From a virus, in IMG/VR virus record IMGVR_UViG_3300020182_000010, positions 32,001 to 96,000 of that record: a stretch of DNA of 64,000 nucleotides. One strand, given 5' to 3'. The stretch's first letter is position 1. Each line of letters starts with the position of its first letter. Made by a program: the position numbers and the translations under genes. The notes below the pieces were generated by a model. It did no database searches, had not been told where the DNA came from, and saw only the letters and a program-made list of their open reading frames with translations. Shown piece after piece: positions 39,377-49,473 of this stretch.

Positions 39377-40197
39377 AGACCCATTGCTTTCTGTGTGTTT
39401 ACACCAACAATACCATCAGCAACTAATCCGTTATTTCTTTGCCAGTCCATAACTGTGCGCTCTGTACCTGAACCAAAGATACCATCAGAACTTTCTCCCA
39501 ATACTTTTTGCATAGCAGCAACATCACTACCACGGTCGCCTTTGCGCAATGTTCGTTTCTTTGGGGTATAATGTCCACCTAAAACTTCTAATGCATGTTC
39601 CCAGTGTTTTGTCCTGTCTTCTAATCCAATTGTTCCACCATTAATTCTTTTAGTCATGGTAACAATATCTTGGTCATCACAATAGCGATTAATATTATTT
39701 GTATCCCAAAACCAACATGCACTTGCTAAAGCACCAATAGGTGTACGAACAAAATCAGTTGCATCTTCTGCACTCATATCTTCTGCTTTGCCAAATTGTG
39801 TATAATTATGTCGACCAGTAAGTTGCAGAATACCACCACCTCTAAAACGCCATCCGTCACCACTATCGGTATCACCATTATCCATTCTATTTGCGTAAAT
39901 TACATTTGCAATTTTTTCTGGCTGTCTGTGATAATCATCAGCATTCCTACCAGCACGTTCAAAATATTTTGGAAATATTGAATTTAATGCTTTAGAACTA
40001 TAGTTTAGATTTTCAGTCAACACAGTATAACCCGCACTTTCGTGTCCAGTTTGTGCAATAAATCCCGCTACTCTATTTTCTGTATCAATATCCCATCTGG
40101 GTAATACTCTCTCCATGGCGTCAAACCATTCACTAGCATTAATGCGTGGCAACAATTCTGCGACATGTTCTACTTTAAAATCAAATTTAAATCCCAT
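39373..40197 (-). CDS. GH19 endolysin with C-terminal peptidoglycan-binding domain
   Basis: FIAQTGHES, ENLNYS, FRGGG.LQLTG..NY, TKRINGG..GL.DR; DGIFG/DGIVG. Confidence 0.93.
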   Translation of the reverse strand: MGFKFDFKVEHVAELLPRINASEWFDAMERVLPRWDIDTENRVAGFIAQTGHESAGYTVLTENLNYSSKALNSIFPKYFERAGRNADDYHRQPEKIANVIYANRMDNGDTDSGDGWRFRGGGILQLTGRHNYTQFGKAEDMSAEDATDFVRTPIGALASACWFWDTNNINRYCDDQDIVTMTKRINGGTIGLEDRTKHWEHALEVLGGHYTPKKRTLRKGDRGSDVAAMQKVLGESSDGIFGSGTERTVMDWQRNNGLVADGIVGVNTQKAMGL

Positions 40198-40198
40198 T

Positions 40199-40624
40199 TT
40201 ATATCTCCTTCAATATAATAGATTTGTTTTCTATTAGAATTTCTCTGTTCCTTAGATGTTCTTTTTCGACATCATCTTTGTCTTGGCCATGATAGCGAAC
40301 AGCCAAATTCTTTTCAATCATTATTTCAGTGAATAGTTTATCATTAATACTAAAGTCACCAAGAATACGACCGAACTTTCCAGTTTTGTCTTTTGTAGTC
40401 ATTATTATTTGTGTTGACCCAACAGGCATTAAATCTTTAACAAAGTCTTTTGCTAAATTACCAAATTGTTTTTCTACTAAGTCCCGAGTACGGGTCTCAG
40501 GGGTGTCAATTCCCATAATACGAATACGCTCTTTATGTAACCATACTCCAAAACCTAGATCAATATCCACATCAACTGTGTCACCATCAACTACTCTAAG
40601 TATTTTGCATCTATATCTATACAT
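40199..40624 (-). CDS. staphylococcal nuclease-like (thermonuclease)
   Basis: VVDGDT, RIMGIDTPE, GKFGRIL. Confidence 0.92.
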   Translation of the reverse strand: MYRYRCKILRVVDGDTVDVDIDLGFGVWLHKERIRIMGIDTPETRTRDLVEKQFGNLAKDFVKDLMPVGSTQIIMTTKDKTGKFGRILGDFSINDKLFTEIMIEKNLAVRYHGQDKDDVEKEHLRNREILIENKSIILKEI

Positions 40625-40924
40625 TTACCAAAACTTCAATGATTTGGTTGCTTTTTTAGCAGCGTTATAAGCAGCATCTACAGACTTTTCAACTGTGCCA
40701 GTTGTTGCTTTCTTTGCTGATTTTGCAACTGCAGTTGCTTGCTTTTTAGCATCTTTAACACCTGCATCTGCTGCTGCTTTCGCCGCTGCGGCTGCTTCTA
40801 CTGCTAATTGTTCATTTTTTTGTGCCGCTTTAGTTGCTGCTACTGCTGCTTCTGCGGTCGCTTTTTCAGCAGCCTTAATTGCAGCATTCATTTTTTTATC
40901 CCAATCTTTTGGCATTTGTGACAT
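40625..40924 (-). CDS. Ala/Lys-rich helical protein
   Basis: 99 aa; AAGGAG RBS; ends KKATKSLKFW. Confidence 0.7.
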   Translation of the reverse strand: MSQMPKDWDKKMNAAIKAAEKATAEAAVAATKAAQKNEQLAVEAAAAAKAAADAGVKDAKKQATAVAKSAKKATTGTVEKSVDAAYNAAKKATKSLKFW

Positions 40925-40925
40925 T

Positions 40926-41510
40926 TTATTTCTCCTTAGTTTCTTTAATTTTAAAATTCATACTAATAACAATTCGTTTGTCATTGGTATGGTTCTTTGT
41001 AACAAAGTGACTTATCGTACTATCAAACATTACAAATTTGTTTGGCTCCGCTTTAATAGTTGTTTGTTCAGTTATATACGGATTTTGTTTGTATTGGAAT
41101 ACCAAGTCTCCACTTCTTGGAGGAACTTGTACATAATATGCTGCACTAACGTGAGCGCCTTCTGCATAATTTTCTTCTGATTCATGAGTATGTAAATTAG
41201 TAGATTCATTTTTGCCATGCACCACTGACCAAAAAGCAGTGTTTGGATCTTCTGTACTACTAGTATTCCAACATAATTCAATTTCTGTGCCAAAAGCATC
41301 AAACCATTCTTTTTCTAAACTTGATGCGATTCTTTGTATTTGAGCGTTAAACTCAATTCTAACATCTTCTTTTCGTATATGGTCATCATCTTCTGCCATG
41401 AAGTTATTATTATAATAACTATTCATTATCATAGCAGAAAGCCCTAGTAGGTCTTCATTAAGAAATCCTACTAGGTACTCTTGCTTGAAAAGTACAATCT
41501 TTTCAGCCAT
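40926..41510 (-). CDS. Fe(II)/2OG oxygenase-like protein
   Basis: HTH, SAAYYV, GDLVF, HFV..N...RIVISMN. Confidence 0.75.
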   Translation of the reverse strand: MAEKIVLFKQEYLVGFLNEDLLGLSAMIMNSYYNNNFMAEDDDHIRKEDVRIEFNAQIQRIASSLEKEWFDAFGTEIELCWNTSSTEDPNTAFWSVVHGKNESTNLHTHESEENYAEGAHVSAAYYVQVPPRSGDLVFQYKQNPYITEQTTIKAEPNKFVMFDSTISHFVTKNHTNDKRIVISMNFKIKETKEK

Positions 41511-41515
41511 ATATA

Positions 41516-43273
41516 TTATCTAGTACCGTTTGGCAATAGAGAATAGTCAACCTGATAGAAACCATTTTCATGTAATGTAACTGCATTTGCATACTTTGTT
41601 TCAAGTAGTTCTTGTGCCATTACACCTTTTTGTTTTACACTATCACCAACATAGTTATAAGTATAAACACTAAGACCATCAACTGTGCTAACTAGTTTTA
41701 CATTTTCTTTGAGGCGAGTATCACTGAAGAGTTTCTTAAATGATTTACCTACAGATTTTGCTGCATCCTTGGCTGCTTTTGCTGCGGCATTCGCTGCATC
41801 TTCTGCGGCTTTTGCGGCGGCATTCGCTGCATCAGTGATTGCTTTCGATGCATCATTAATTGCATTATTACAAGTATTGATAGCATCATTGCAACCTTTA
41901 ATTGCTGTATTCGCACTATTCAGCATATTTTGTGCGCTGAATGTTTTTTCTGTCCAGTTAGCAACATCATTTGCTGCATCAGTGATTGCCTTACCTGTAT
42001 CCTCAATAGCCTGTCCTGTGTCATCTACCGCTTTTTGTGCACTTTTATAAGTTTGTTCTGCTTGTTTCGCTACATCGTTTGCAAGTTTTTCAGCATCTTT
42101 GGCTGCTTTAATTGCTTCATCTTGTGCCTTATCGATTCCATCAGTTACGTGATCCATTGCATCTTCAATTGTTCCACCAGCATCAAGGATTGCTTGTGCA
42201 CCATCTACTAGTGGACCAATATCAATATCAACATCAACATCAATATCTAATCCAACAAGTAATGCAGCCTTACCATCAATACCGAAACTGATTGTGTCAT
42301 CTTCATATGTAGCGTGTGCAGAACCTTGTGCCCCAACTTGTGCGCCTACACTCACTTCAGTACTACCTGATACTTCGGCACCGCCCAAATGTGCTGACCC
42401 ACTTGCTTCTGCACCTACACTAGCACCCGCAATGGCACCCGCTTCCACTGATGCACCGTGTTCACCGATACTTGCACTTGCACCTGCTTCAGCATATGCT
42501 TCAGCATGTACATTCGCTTCACCGTCTGCGCCGGCATCTATTGAAATATCACCTAATGGTGTATCTAGGCCGACACTTGCATCTACTGATCCACTTGCTC
42601 CTGCTTCTGCACGTGCACTTGCGCCAACAGACGCAGCAGCCGTTGCATCACTGCCATCCCAGCCTCCACTTGCATTAGCGTGTGCTTCTGCTTCTGCACT
42701 TGCGTGTGCTTCTGCTTCGCCTTCTGCACCAGCGTGGGCTGTTCCTAATGGACCTAAATCTTGCTCTGCATGTGCTTCCGCAATTGCGCTTGCACTTGCT
42801 TCCGCACTTGCGTGTGCTTCCGCACCTGCTGCAAAGGAACTGCCATCTGATTGAAATCCTGCACTTGCGCCTGCCTCTGCACTCGCACTTGCTTGCGCAC
42901 TACCGCTTGCTCCCGCCTGTTCGTTTCCCACTGATCCACCAGTTTCAACTGATGTACCTGCTGCAACATTAACGGTATATTGTGGTTTAGAAACTTTTAA
43001 AACATTCGCTTGGGCATTAGTAACAGCGGCTGCGGCAGCATTATAATCTGCCTCTGCTTGTTTTTCCGCTGCCTCTGCTGCCGCATGGTCTGCCTCTGCT
43101 TTATCATGCGCTGCTTGTGCATCACGTTGCTGTTTTTCTGCAGATGCTTTTTTGGCTTCTGCGTCTGCTTTGTCTTTTTGCGCTTGTGCCTTATCGGCTT
43201 GCGCTTTATTTTTTTTGTCTTGTTCTTGGGCTTTTTGTTGTTCTGCCCGTTTTTTGTCGTCCTCGGCGCTCAT
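41516..43273 (-). CDS. Ala/Gly-rich protein with C-terminal intramolecular chaperone (peptidase S74)
   Basis: FSDTRLKENV...YTYNY...GVMAQEL...VDYS. Confidence 0.8.
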   Translation of the reverse strand: MSAEDDKKRAEQQKAQEQDKKNKAQADKAQAQKDKADAEAKKASAEKQQRDAQAAHDKAEADHAAAEAAEKQAEADYNAAAAAVTNAQANVLKVSKPQYTVNVAAGTSVETGGSVGNEQAGASGSAQASASAEAGASAGFQSDGSSFAAGAEAHASAEASASAIAEAHAEQDLGPLGTAHAGAEGEAEAHASAEAEAHANASGGWDGSDATAAASVGASARAEAGASGSVDASVGLDTPLGDISIDAGADGEANVHAEAYAEAGASASIGEHGASVEAGAIAGASVGAEASGSAHLGGAEVSGSTEVSVGAQVGAQGSAHATYEDDTISFGIDGKAALLVGLDIDVDVDIDIGPLVDGAQAILDAGGTIEDAMDHVTDGIDKAQDEAIKAAKDAEKLANDVAKQAEQTYKSAQKAVDDTGQAIEDTGKAITDAANDVANWTEKTFSAQNMLNSANTAIKGCNDAINTCNNAINDASKAITDAANAAAKAAEDAANAAAKAAKDAAKSVGKSFKKLFSDTRLKENVKLVSTVDGLSVYTYNYVGDSVKQKGVMAQELLETKYANAVTLHENGFYQVDYSLLPNGTR

Positions 43274-43454
43274 ATTACTATTATTCCTTTGCTTTTAAGA
43301 TTAATGTTCTTTGTATTTCCCATCAATATCATAATATGCAGAATTATATATTGCCCAAGATATACTATTATGTATTTTGTGGTCTTGCACTCTTAATTTT
43401 TTATACCATTGTGAGAAGAGTATAACACGATTTTTCATTCTTGTCAACAACTTT

Positions 43455-44429
43455 TTATTTTTTCCATTCGCCTAATACACTATCATCTTTCAAATATTGT
43501 AATCTTTCAGCCCATTTTACTTCTTCACCTTGTTTAATGATGTTATCAATATTTTCAATATAAGAATCCATAAAGTGATCAGGTAATTCTTTGCCTATTT
43601 CATAGAATGAAAAACTTTCTCTTGCTGCAAATAACCAAAAACTATTTACACCAAAATTTAGACTATCAGGCTCTTCAAGGTAACAATACTTTCCATCTTC
43701 TAATAGTTTGATTAGTTCACCAGTGTGTGCATATCTATGCATATGGGTACCTGATGGGGGAACGAGTGGAACAACATCTGTTTCATTCACAACTCTTGTT
43801 AGTTTAATCTTACCTCGCATTTTTCGAATACCTTGAGATGATGTTACTTTAGGCTGACCAAAGTTTATACATTCAGATACCGTATGCCCTGAGTAGTCCA
43901 AATACCAACTTACTATTAGTGCTTCTGCAGCACCCAAACTATGCCCAGTTACATATGTAGACCAAGTTTTATCAAGTCTGGAAATCAAATCATCAGCAAT
44001 CATTTCTGCTGTGCTATGAAACCCTTTGTGTAGTTCTATACCAAGTCTAACACTTTTGCTACGAAAGAAATTTATATCTTGCATTGCATTATGTGAATTG
44101 CATGTACCACGTATAGAAATATATTGTTTTTTATTATCTGGATCGAATATGACAATGTATTTTATATCATTTATTTCATTGATATACATATCATAATCAG
44201 TATATAATCCTTTGATTACATTGTTGTCTTTCTTATATGCGGCTCTTGCGAATTGAGCAAACCATTTTATATTTTCCCAATCAACTTCGTGTGATTTTGT
44301 GAAACTTTGATTAAATTTATTCTCAAGCGAATAGCGTTTGATCATCCACCTTCGAACTATTTTTGCAATTTTCGATATTATCCATCCTTGGATAACCCAT
44401 CTAATCATATATGATATAATAAAACTCAT
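43455..44429 (-). CDS. class 3 lipase
   Basis: SIRGT, HKGF, TGHSLG, NFGQP, DVVPLVP, H; TAAATA and AGGAG upstream. Confidence 0.9.
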   Translation of the reverse strand: MSFIISYMIRWVIQGWIISKIAKIVRRWMIKRYSLENKFNQSFTKSHEVDWENIKWFAQFARAAYKKDNNVIKGLYTDYDMYINEINDIKYIVIFDPDNKKQYISIRGTCNSHNAMQDINFFRSKSVRLGIELHKGFHSTAEMIADDLISRLDKTWSTYVTGHSLGAAEALIVSWYLDYSGHTVSECINFGQPKVTSSQGIRKMRGKIKLTRVVNETDVVPLVPPSGTHMHRYAHTGELIKLLEDGKYCYLEEPDSLNFGVNSFWLFAARESFSFYEIGKELPDHFMDSYIENIDNIIKQGEEVKWAERLQYLKDDSVLGEWKK

Positions 44430-44463
44430 TATAGTACTCCTATACTGAGTCTATTTATTACAT

Positions 44464-45870
44464 TTAATATTTCATATCTTCATCAATTGGTCTCACTTCA
44501 TTCGATATCAAAACAGTATTTACTAATGTTCTTACGCCAAATCCAACTGCCCCGCCCGGAACAACATCGTTGCCGCTTTCATTCCATGCCATGCCAGCAA
44601 TATCCAAATGTGCCCAATTACGATCTTTATCTACAAAACGATATAAGAATTCGGCAGCAGTAGTTGATCCACCACCTTTACCACCAATATTTTTCATATC
44701 TGCAATCTTCGAATCAATCATTTTATTCCAGTTTTTGCCCATCGGCATACGCCAATATGATTCACCGGCTAACTCACCACTTTCAATAATATCATTTCCA
44801 AACTCAGTAGAATTTGTAAATAGTCCAGCCATTTCGTGTCCCAATGATACGATGATGGCACCAGTTAGAGTTGCAAGATCAATAATACGATCTGGATCAT
44901 ATTCTGTTTGTACATAAGTCAATATATCGGCTAATACCAATCTACCTTCGGCATCTGTATTTAAGTTTTCAACTGTTTGTCCACTTAGTGATGTAACAAT
45001 ATCGCCGGGCTTAATCGCATTACCATCTGGCATGTTCTCTACTAGTCCAACAATTCCGACTACATTGGCTTGAATATTTTGTGCGGCGATGGCATGCATT
45101 GCTCCTACAACCGCAGCACTACCACCCATATCAAATTTCATATCACCCATGCCAGCACTTGGTTTGATAGAAATTCCACCAGTATCAAAGGTTACACCTT
45201 TGCCCACCAATGCAATCGGTCGTTCATCATCTCCGCCATTCCATTCCATTACAACAACATATGAATCTCTACGTGATCCTTGCCCCACACTTAGTAGCAA
45301 ATCAAATCCCATTGCTTTCAATTGTGCCTCGTGATATACTTTTACTGTTACACCCAACGGCATAAGTTCAGTACTAATAATATTTGCATATGTTTCAGGA
45401 TATAAAACATTACCTGGTTCTGAAACAAGATCACGTGCAAACGCAACACTTTTATGTATTGATACTTCTGGTACTGCATCGATGTGAACTGTTAGAGTTT
45501 CTGTATCTTTTTTAGATTTATATTTGTCAAACGTATATAATGCCAGATGTGCACCTTCATATATTGATTCATTAAAATCATTGTTAATTTCAAAGTACAA
45601 ATTATCAACACGACTTTTCCATTGTTTTACTAACTTACCACCAAAGTTACGCCAATCATTTCCAGTTACTGTATCTGTTTTTACAACAATAATCGCATCT
45701 ACATTAATCTTAGATGGAAAAGATATCACCACTTCTCCAGTATCTTTTGTTGCTAGTGATTTTAGTCCGCACACACTAGATACTACTCCACCTGATTTTT
45801 TATCAAGTGCTTTATATTCCTTGGAATCATACAATACTACAATTGCAGAGTTGGGTTCATAAGAACTCAT
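44464..45870 (-). CDS. pepA: M17 leucyl aminopeptidase
   Basis: VGKGVTFDTGG, MKFDMGG, NTDAEGRL, ATLTGA, HLDIAG. Confidence 0.95.
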   Translation of the reverse strand: MSSYEPNSAIVVLYDSKEYKALDKKSGGVVSSVCGLKSLATKDTGEVVISFPSKINVDAIIVVKTDTVTGNDWRNFGGKLVKQWKSRVDNLYFEINNDFNESIYEGAHLALYTFDKYKSKKDTETLTVHIDAVPEVSIHKSVAFARDLVSEPGNVLYPETYANIISTELMPLGVTVKVYHEAQLKAMGFDLLLSVGQGSRRDSYVVVMEWNGGDDERPIALVGKGVTFDTGGISIKPSAGMGDMKFDMGGSAAVVGAMHAIAAQNIQANVVGIVGLVENMPDGNAIKPGDIVTSLSGQTVENLNTDAEGRLVLADILTYVQTEYDPDRIIDLATLTGAIIVSLGHEMAGLFTNSTEFGNDIIESGELAGESYWRMPMGKNWNKMIDSKIADMKNIGGKGGGSTTAAEFLYRFVDKDRNWAHLDIAGMAWNESGNDVVPGGAVGFGVRTLVNTVLISNEVRPIDEDMKY

Positions 45871-46310
45871 TATTTAAATCCTTTTTCTTTCATTAATTGA
45901 TTATGTTTTTCTATGTATTCATCTTTAAACTTTGGATGATTTGCATAATAATTTGCACCTTTGCCACCAGTATGTGCAAGTCTCACACTACCTGGAAAAC
46001 CATCGACATCATCTTTGTGTCTAGGGATAAAATGAATATGAGGCCACATAACTGTTTGTCCTGCGGCTTCGCCCATATTCATACCAAAATGATAAGCATC
46101 AATCTTGCCTTCATTTCTAAGAGCATCACCATATTCAATAGTTGCTTCTAATGCAAGTGTGATAAATTTTATATTATTTTGTCGAGGGACAAAAAGTAAG
46201 TGTCCATCACACACTGGCCATTTATCTTCATAAACTGCATAGTAATATTCATTGTGAAGCCGAAGATGTTCTGATTGCTCAAAGGGGGTGTCTTCAAATT
46301 TTTCAATCAT
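45870..46310 (-). CDS. HIT family hydrolase
   Basis: GHLLFVP, AAGQTV.WPHIHFIPR; likely start MIEKF at 46310. Confidence 0.9.
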   Translation of the reverse strand: MIEKFEDTPFEQSEHLRLHNEYYYAVYEDKWPVCDGHLLFVPRQNNIKFITLALEATIEYGDALRNEGKIDAYHFGMNMGEAAGQTVMWPHIHFIPRHKDDVDGFPGSVRLAHTGGKGANYYANHPKFKDEYIEKHNQLMKEKGFK

Positions 46311-47019
46311 GCCAGATATCCAAAACTGGCAATAAATGTGAAACAACCATCGCCGATTTTTTTGAACTATCATCCACGAATGTATCGAAATCTGTATGCG
46401 AATCTTCTCCTGCGAGATCACTTAGTACTCTGACAACAATGAATGGCACATTACATTGGCAACATACTTGTGCCAAAGCAGCACCTTCCATTTCGATAGC
46501 ATCAGCATTAAATTGATTGTAAAACATTTCTCTAGTCTGTGAACAACTAAGATACGTATCACCAGTTAGTATTGTTCCAAATTTTACATTTTTTCCCAGA
46601 TGTGATTGTAAATATTTTCGCATTTCAATACTCATTTCAAATGAGATTGGATTAGTTGAATCATCCAATGCTGGAAAACTTCCAGGTAAACTAGAGTATA
46701 CTTCTCCGTTTACTATGGCGCCATAATCATGTTGAATAAGTCTGTCTGCAATTATTACATCGCCGATATTATAGTTTGGATTTAGTCCACCCGCAACACC
46801 ACTAAACACGATACTATTACATTCAAAATGAGAAATTAATATGGTAGTTACAACTGCAGAGTTTACTTTTCCAATACCAGACTCAACTGCAATGATATCA
46901 ATGCCATTAATCTTACCAATTTGAAATTTCTTTTTCATAATTGTTTTAGTTACTGGTTCATTATCCCATTCAATTTTTGAATATTCTTCTGGAATAGCGG
47001 AAATCATTCCGACTGTCAT
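46303..47019 (-). CDS. mtnN: MTA/SAH nucleosidase
   Basis: SAIPEE, SGIGKVNSA, GVAGG, TGD, EMEGAA, RVLSD. Confidence 0.93.
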   Translation of the reverse strand: MTVGMISAIPEEYSKIEWDNEPVTKTIMKKKFQIGKINGIDIIAVESGIGKVNSAVVTTILISHFECNSIVFSGVAGGLNPNYNIGDVIIADRLIQHDYGAIVNGEVYSSLPGSFPALDDSTNPISFEMSIEMRKYLQSHLGKNVKFGTILTGDTYLSCSQTREMFYNQFNADAIEMEGAALAQVCCQCNVPFIVVRVLSDLAGEDSHTDFDTFVDDSSKKSAMVVSHLLPVLDIWHD

Positions 47020-47022
47020 TAA

Positions 47023-47766
47023 TTAATCCTCTTCAATATTATATTCTAGTCTATAACTTATTGCTAGGTGGCCTCGCATACTATTATTTATATTTTCATT
47101 ATATACTACGACATCAGAAATGTCAACGTCTATATTACTTACTAACTTATCTAAATTTGATGGGATGTGGTCTGGTACATACCAAGTATCATATTCATCT
47201 AAATGTGATTTGAAGCCATACTTATCTAACAGATGTTTGGTAGTTTCATCTTGCGGTGATCCAGGAATAGTATGAAAATCACCAGCAATAATAGTAGGTC
47301 TATCTTTATAAAGATTTAATAAAAACTCAATATCTGACCTTCTATCTAAATCGTTTATAAGTATTGAATTATTATCATTATTATCATTATTATCTTGCGG
47401 ATAACAGGGCAAAAATGTAATGATATTTACATTGTCGAGTTGTGCCCGTAATGCTGTGCAGCCTTGAGATTTATTATTTTTACCAATTTCTATCACCTTT
47501 TCATAGGACGGCAAAATAACACTTTTCATCTTTGAAAATGGATGACCAATATGATTTTTTCCCATTGCAACACATAAATTGCCTACCCCAGGAGTAGATT
47601 CTAGTAAGAATAGTCTGCAATCTAATACATTTTCTATTTCTTTCTTTGCTTCCATTGGCACACGCTGTAATAGGAATACATCTGCATCTTTTGCTGCGGT
47701 GCGTAAATAGTCTATTCCGCGCTGCATTGCATCCATGTTATATTGTAGTATTTTAATACTAGTCAT
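47023..47766 (-). CDS. EEP (endonuclease/exonuclease/phosphatase) family protein
   Basis: ILQYN, DVFLLQ, IAGDF, LD, GH. Confidence 0.65.
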   Translation of the reverse strand: MTSIKILQYNMDAMQRGIDYLRTAAKDADVFLLQRVPMEAKKEIENVLDCRLFLLESTPGVGNLCVAMGKNHIGHPFSKMKSVILPSYEKVIEIGKNNKSQGCTALRAQLDNVNIITFLPCYPQDNNDNNDNNSILINDLDRRSDIEFLLNLYKDRPTIIAGDFHTIPGSPQDETTKHLLDKYGFKSHLDEYDTWYVPDHIPSNLDKLVSNIDVDISDVVVYNENINNSMRGHLAISYRLEYNIEED

Positions 47767-47770
47767 TGAA

Positions 47771-48085
47771 TTATTCAGCAGGTTCTATACTAGTTGAAAG
47801 AGAAAAACCATTGGTTCTAGATGCACGTGTAGTTTCTTCAACTTTTTGTTCTGCAATTTCCATATAGTACATACCTACAATAGCATTTCCTTCATTATGA
47901 ATTTTACCTGCTAAATCAACCGATGTTTCAGATGTATGATTAAATAATTTTATTAATACTTCGATTACGAATTCAATGGGGGTAGTATTATCATTATGCA
48001 TTATTACATAATATCTTTTTGGAGCATCTATCCCCAATTCTGTTTCACTGATATTTGATACTAATGTTTTTTCATCTACTATCAT
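47771..48085 (-). CDS. clpS: Clp protease adaptor
   Basis: HNDNTTP.EFV..VL...F...IH..G.A..G.Y..EIAE.K. Confidence 0.92.
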   Translation of the reverse strand: MIVDEKTLVSNISETELGIDAPKRYYVIMHNDNTTPIEFVIEVLIKLFNHTSETSVDLAGKIHNEGNAIVGMYYMEIAEQKVEETTRASRTNGFSLSTSIEPAE

Positions 48086-48125
48086 ACGTTGTTATTCCAA
48101 TTTTCATTTATACAGTATATTTATT

Positions 48126-48156
48126 AAAAAGAGAGAAATATTTCTATTTCTCTCTT
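48126..48156 (-). terminator. intrinsic terminator after hsp20
   Basis: aagagagaaata-tttc-tatttctctctt with a U-run on the minus strand. Confidence 0.7.
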
Positions 48157-48174
48157 AATATTATATCACAATTG

Positions 48175-48591
48175 TTAACGAATTGCAATAGTTTTTGGTT
48201 GTTTTTCCTCTGGAACTTTACGTTCCAGTGATACAAATAATAGTCCATCTTCCATAGTTGCATCAATTACTTCAACATAATCTGCCAGTTTCCATTCACG
48301 TGAAAAAGCACGGTTTGCGATACCACGGTGAAGAAACTCACGGCCTTCTTGTTCAATATCTGGTTTTGATCCAGTGATTGTAAGTAGTCCTTCTTTAATC
48401 GTAATTTCAATATCATCACGACTAAATCCTGCAAGTGCTAATGTAATTTGATATTTGTTTTCATCGATAGTTTCTACATTATATGGAGGATATCCTGTAT
48501 TATCCAAACGATTGAAATCATTTAGTAGTCTATCAAAGCCCAATACTGAGCGATGAAAATCAGGTAAGTTTAGTGTTGTTACTCTTGTCAT
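48175..48591 (-). CDS. ibpA: small heat-shock protein (Hsp20, IbpA-like)
   Basis: GFD, YPPYN, LALAGF, HRGIA.R.F, DGLL. Confidence 0.95.
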   Translation of the reverse strand: MTRVTTLNLPDFHRSVLGFDRLLNDFNRLDNTGYPPYNVETIDENKYQITLALAGFSRDDIEITIKEGLLTITGSKPDIEQEGREFLHRGIANRAFSREWKLADYVEVIDATMEDGLLFVSLERKVPEEKQPKTIAIR

Positions 48592-48596
48592 TTTTT

Positions 48597-48642
48597 TTCT
48601 CCTTTAATAAGCAAGAATGTAGAATCCCAATAGGCGATCCCA
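48597..48642 (-). promoter_or_regulatory. ROSE-like RNA thermometer in the hsp20 5' UTR
   Basis: UUCUUGCUU-auua-AAGGAGAA: UUGCU with a bulged G pairs with the SD; an upstream hairpin is present. Confidence 0.6.
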
Positions 48643-48657
48643 GTTAAATAAGTGTTA

Positions 48658-49188
48658 CTATTCTTTAGCAACACCTGCAAGTTTTTGTAGACGACCGATG
48701 AAACCTACATCATCACGTTCACCTTCAAAAACAAATGTGTTTGACTTTTTGTTGTTTCGCAACTTGGTATACATTTCACCTGCTTTGCCAGGACTTAATG
48801 TACCTACGTCAAACATCTCGTCACCAGATTTGTCATAGACTTTTGCGCCCTCTTTATCTTTAATAAGAACACCGTCTTGATTATAACTTGCACCAAGTTC
48901 AATCATCTGTTGACGAAACTTTTCATCTGCTCCCTCTGGAGCAATAACGAAAAGTGAATCTTCTGCCACATGCACTTCTTCTGGAGTGCCTTGATTTTCA
49001 ATCCAATAGCCATCCACAAAAAAGAAGCCATAGCCTAACTTGCGAATAGTTGCCGCAAGTTGCCGGTTACGTCTTACATTTTCTTCACGATCATACTCGC
49101 CGCGAAACGCTGTCAATAGAGCAATAGGTCTATCTGATTTTGCGTGTTGCCAAATGCGTGATAACGATGCTTCTTGTACTTGTGTCAT
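48658..49188 (-). CDS. hypothetical late phage protein
   Basis: VQE|ASLSR...TAFRG...N..RN..L...YNQD; TAAATA and AGGAG upstream. Confidence 0.75.
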   Translation of the reverse strand: MTQVQEASLSRIWQHAKSDRPIALLTAFRGEYDREENVRRNRQLAATIRKLGYGFFFVDGYWIENQGTPEEVHVAEDSLFVIAPEGADEKFRQQMIELGASYNQDGVLIKDKEGAKVYDKSGDEMFDVGTLSPGKAGEMYTKLRNNKKSNTFVFEGERDDVGFIGRLQKLAGVAKE

Positions 49189-49236
49189 TTTTTCTCCTAA
49201 TAATTAATATAATGTATTTATTACATTATGTCAATA

Positions 49237-49473
49237 CTATACACCAATTTTTTCTGAAAAAAGTACAATATTTTTTGCTGGACCTATATTACATGGCAGA
49301 TCACCATATTCATCAATATAATGTTGAATAACCGCCTTATACCATATTTGGCTATTATGATGCGCCTGTTTATTAAATCGCCAAATACCATTACTAGACC
49401 CATCCATTGTAAGTAATGCTCTGGTTGATTCTTTCTGTAATGTTCTTAAATCTAGAGTATCTAAATCTATCAT
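49237..49473 (-). CDS. hypothetical protein
   Basis: 78 aa, coupled to rpsU. Confidence 0.7.
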   Translation of the reverse strand: MIDLDTLDLRTLQKESTRALLTMDGSSNGIWRFNKQAHHNSQIWYKAVIQHYIDEYGDLPCNIGPAKNIVLFSEKIGV

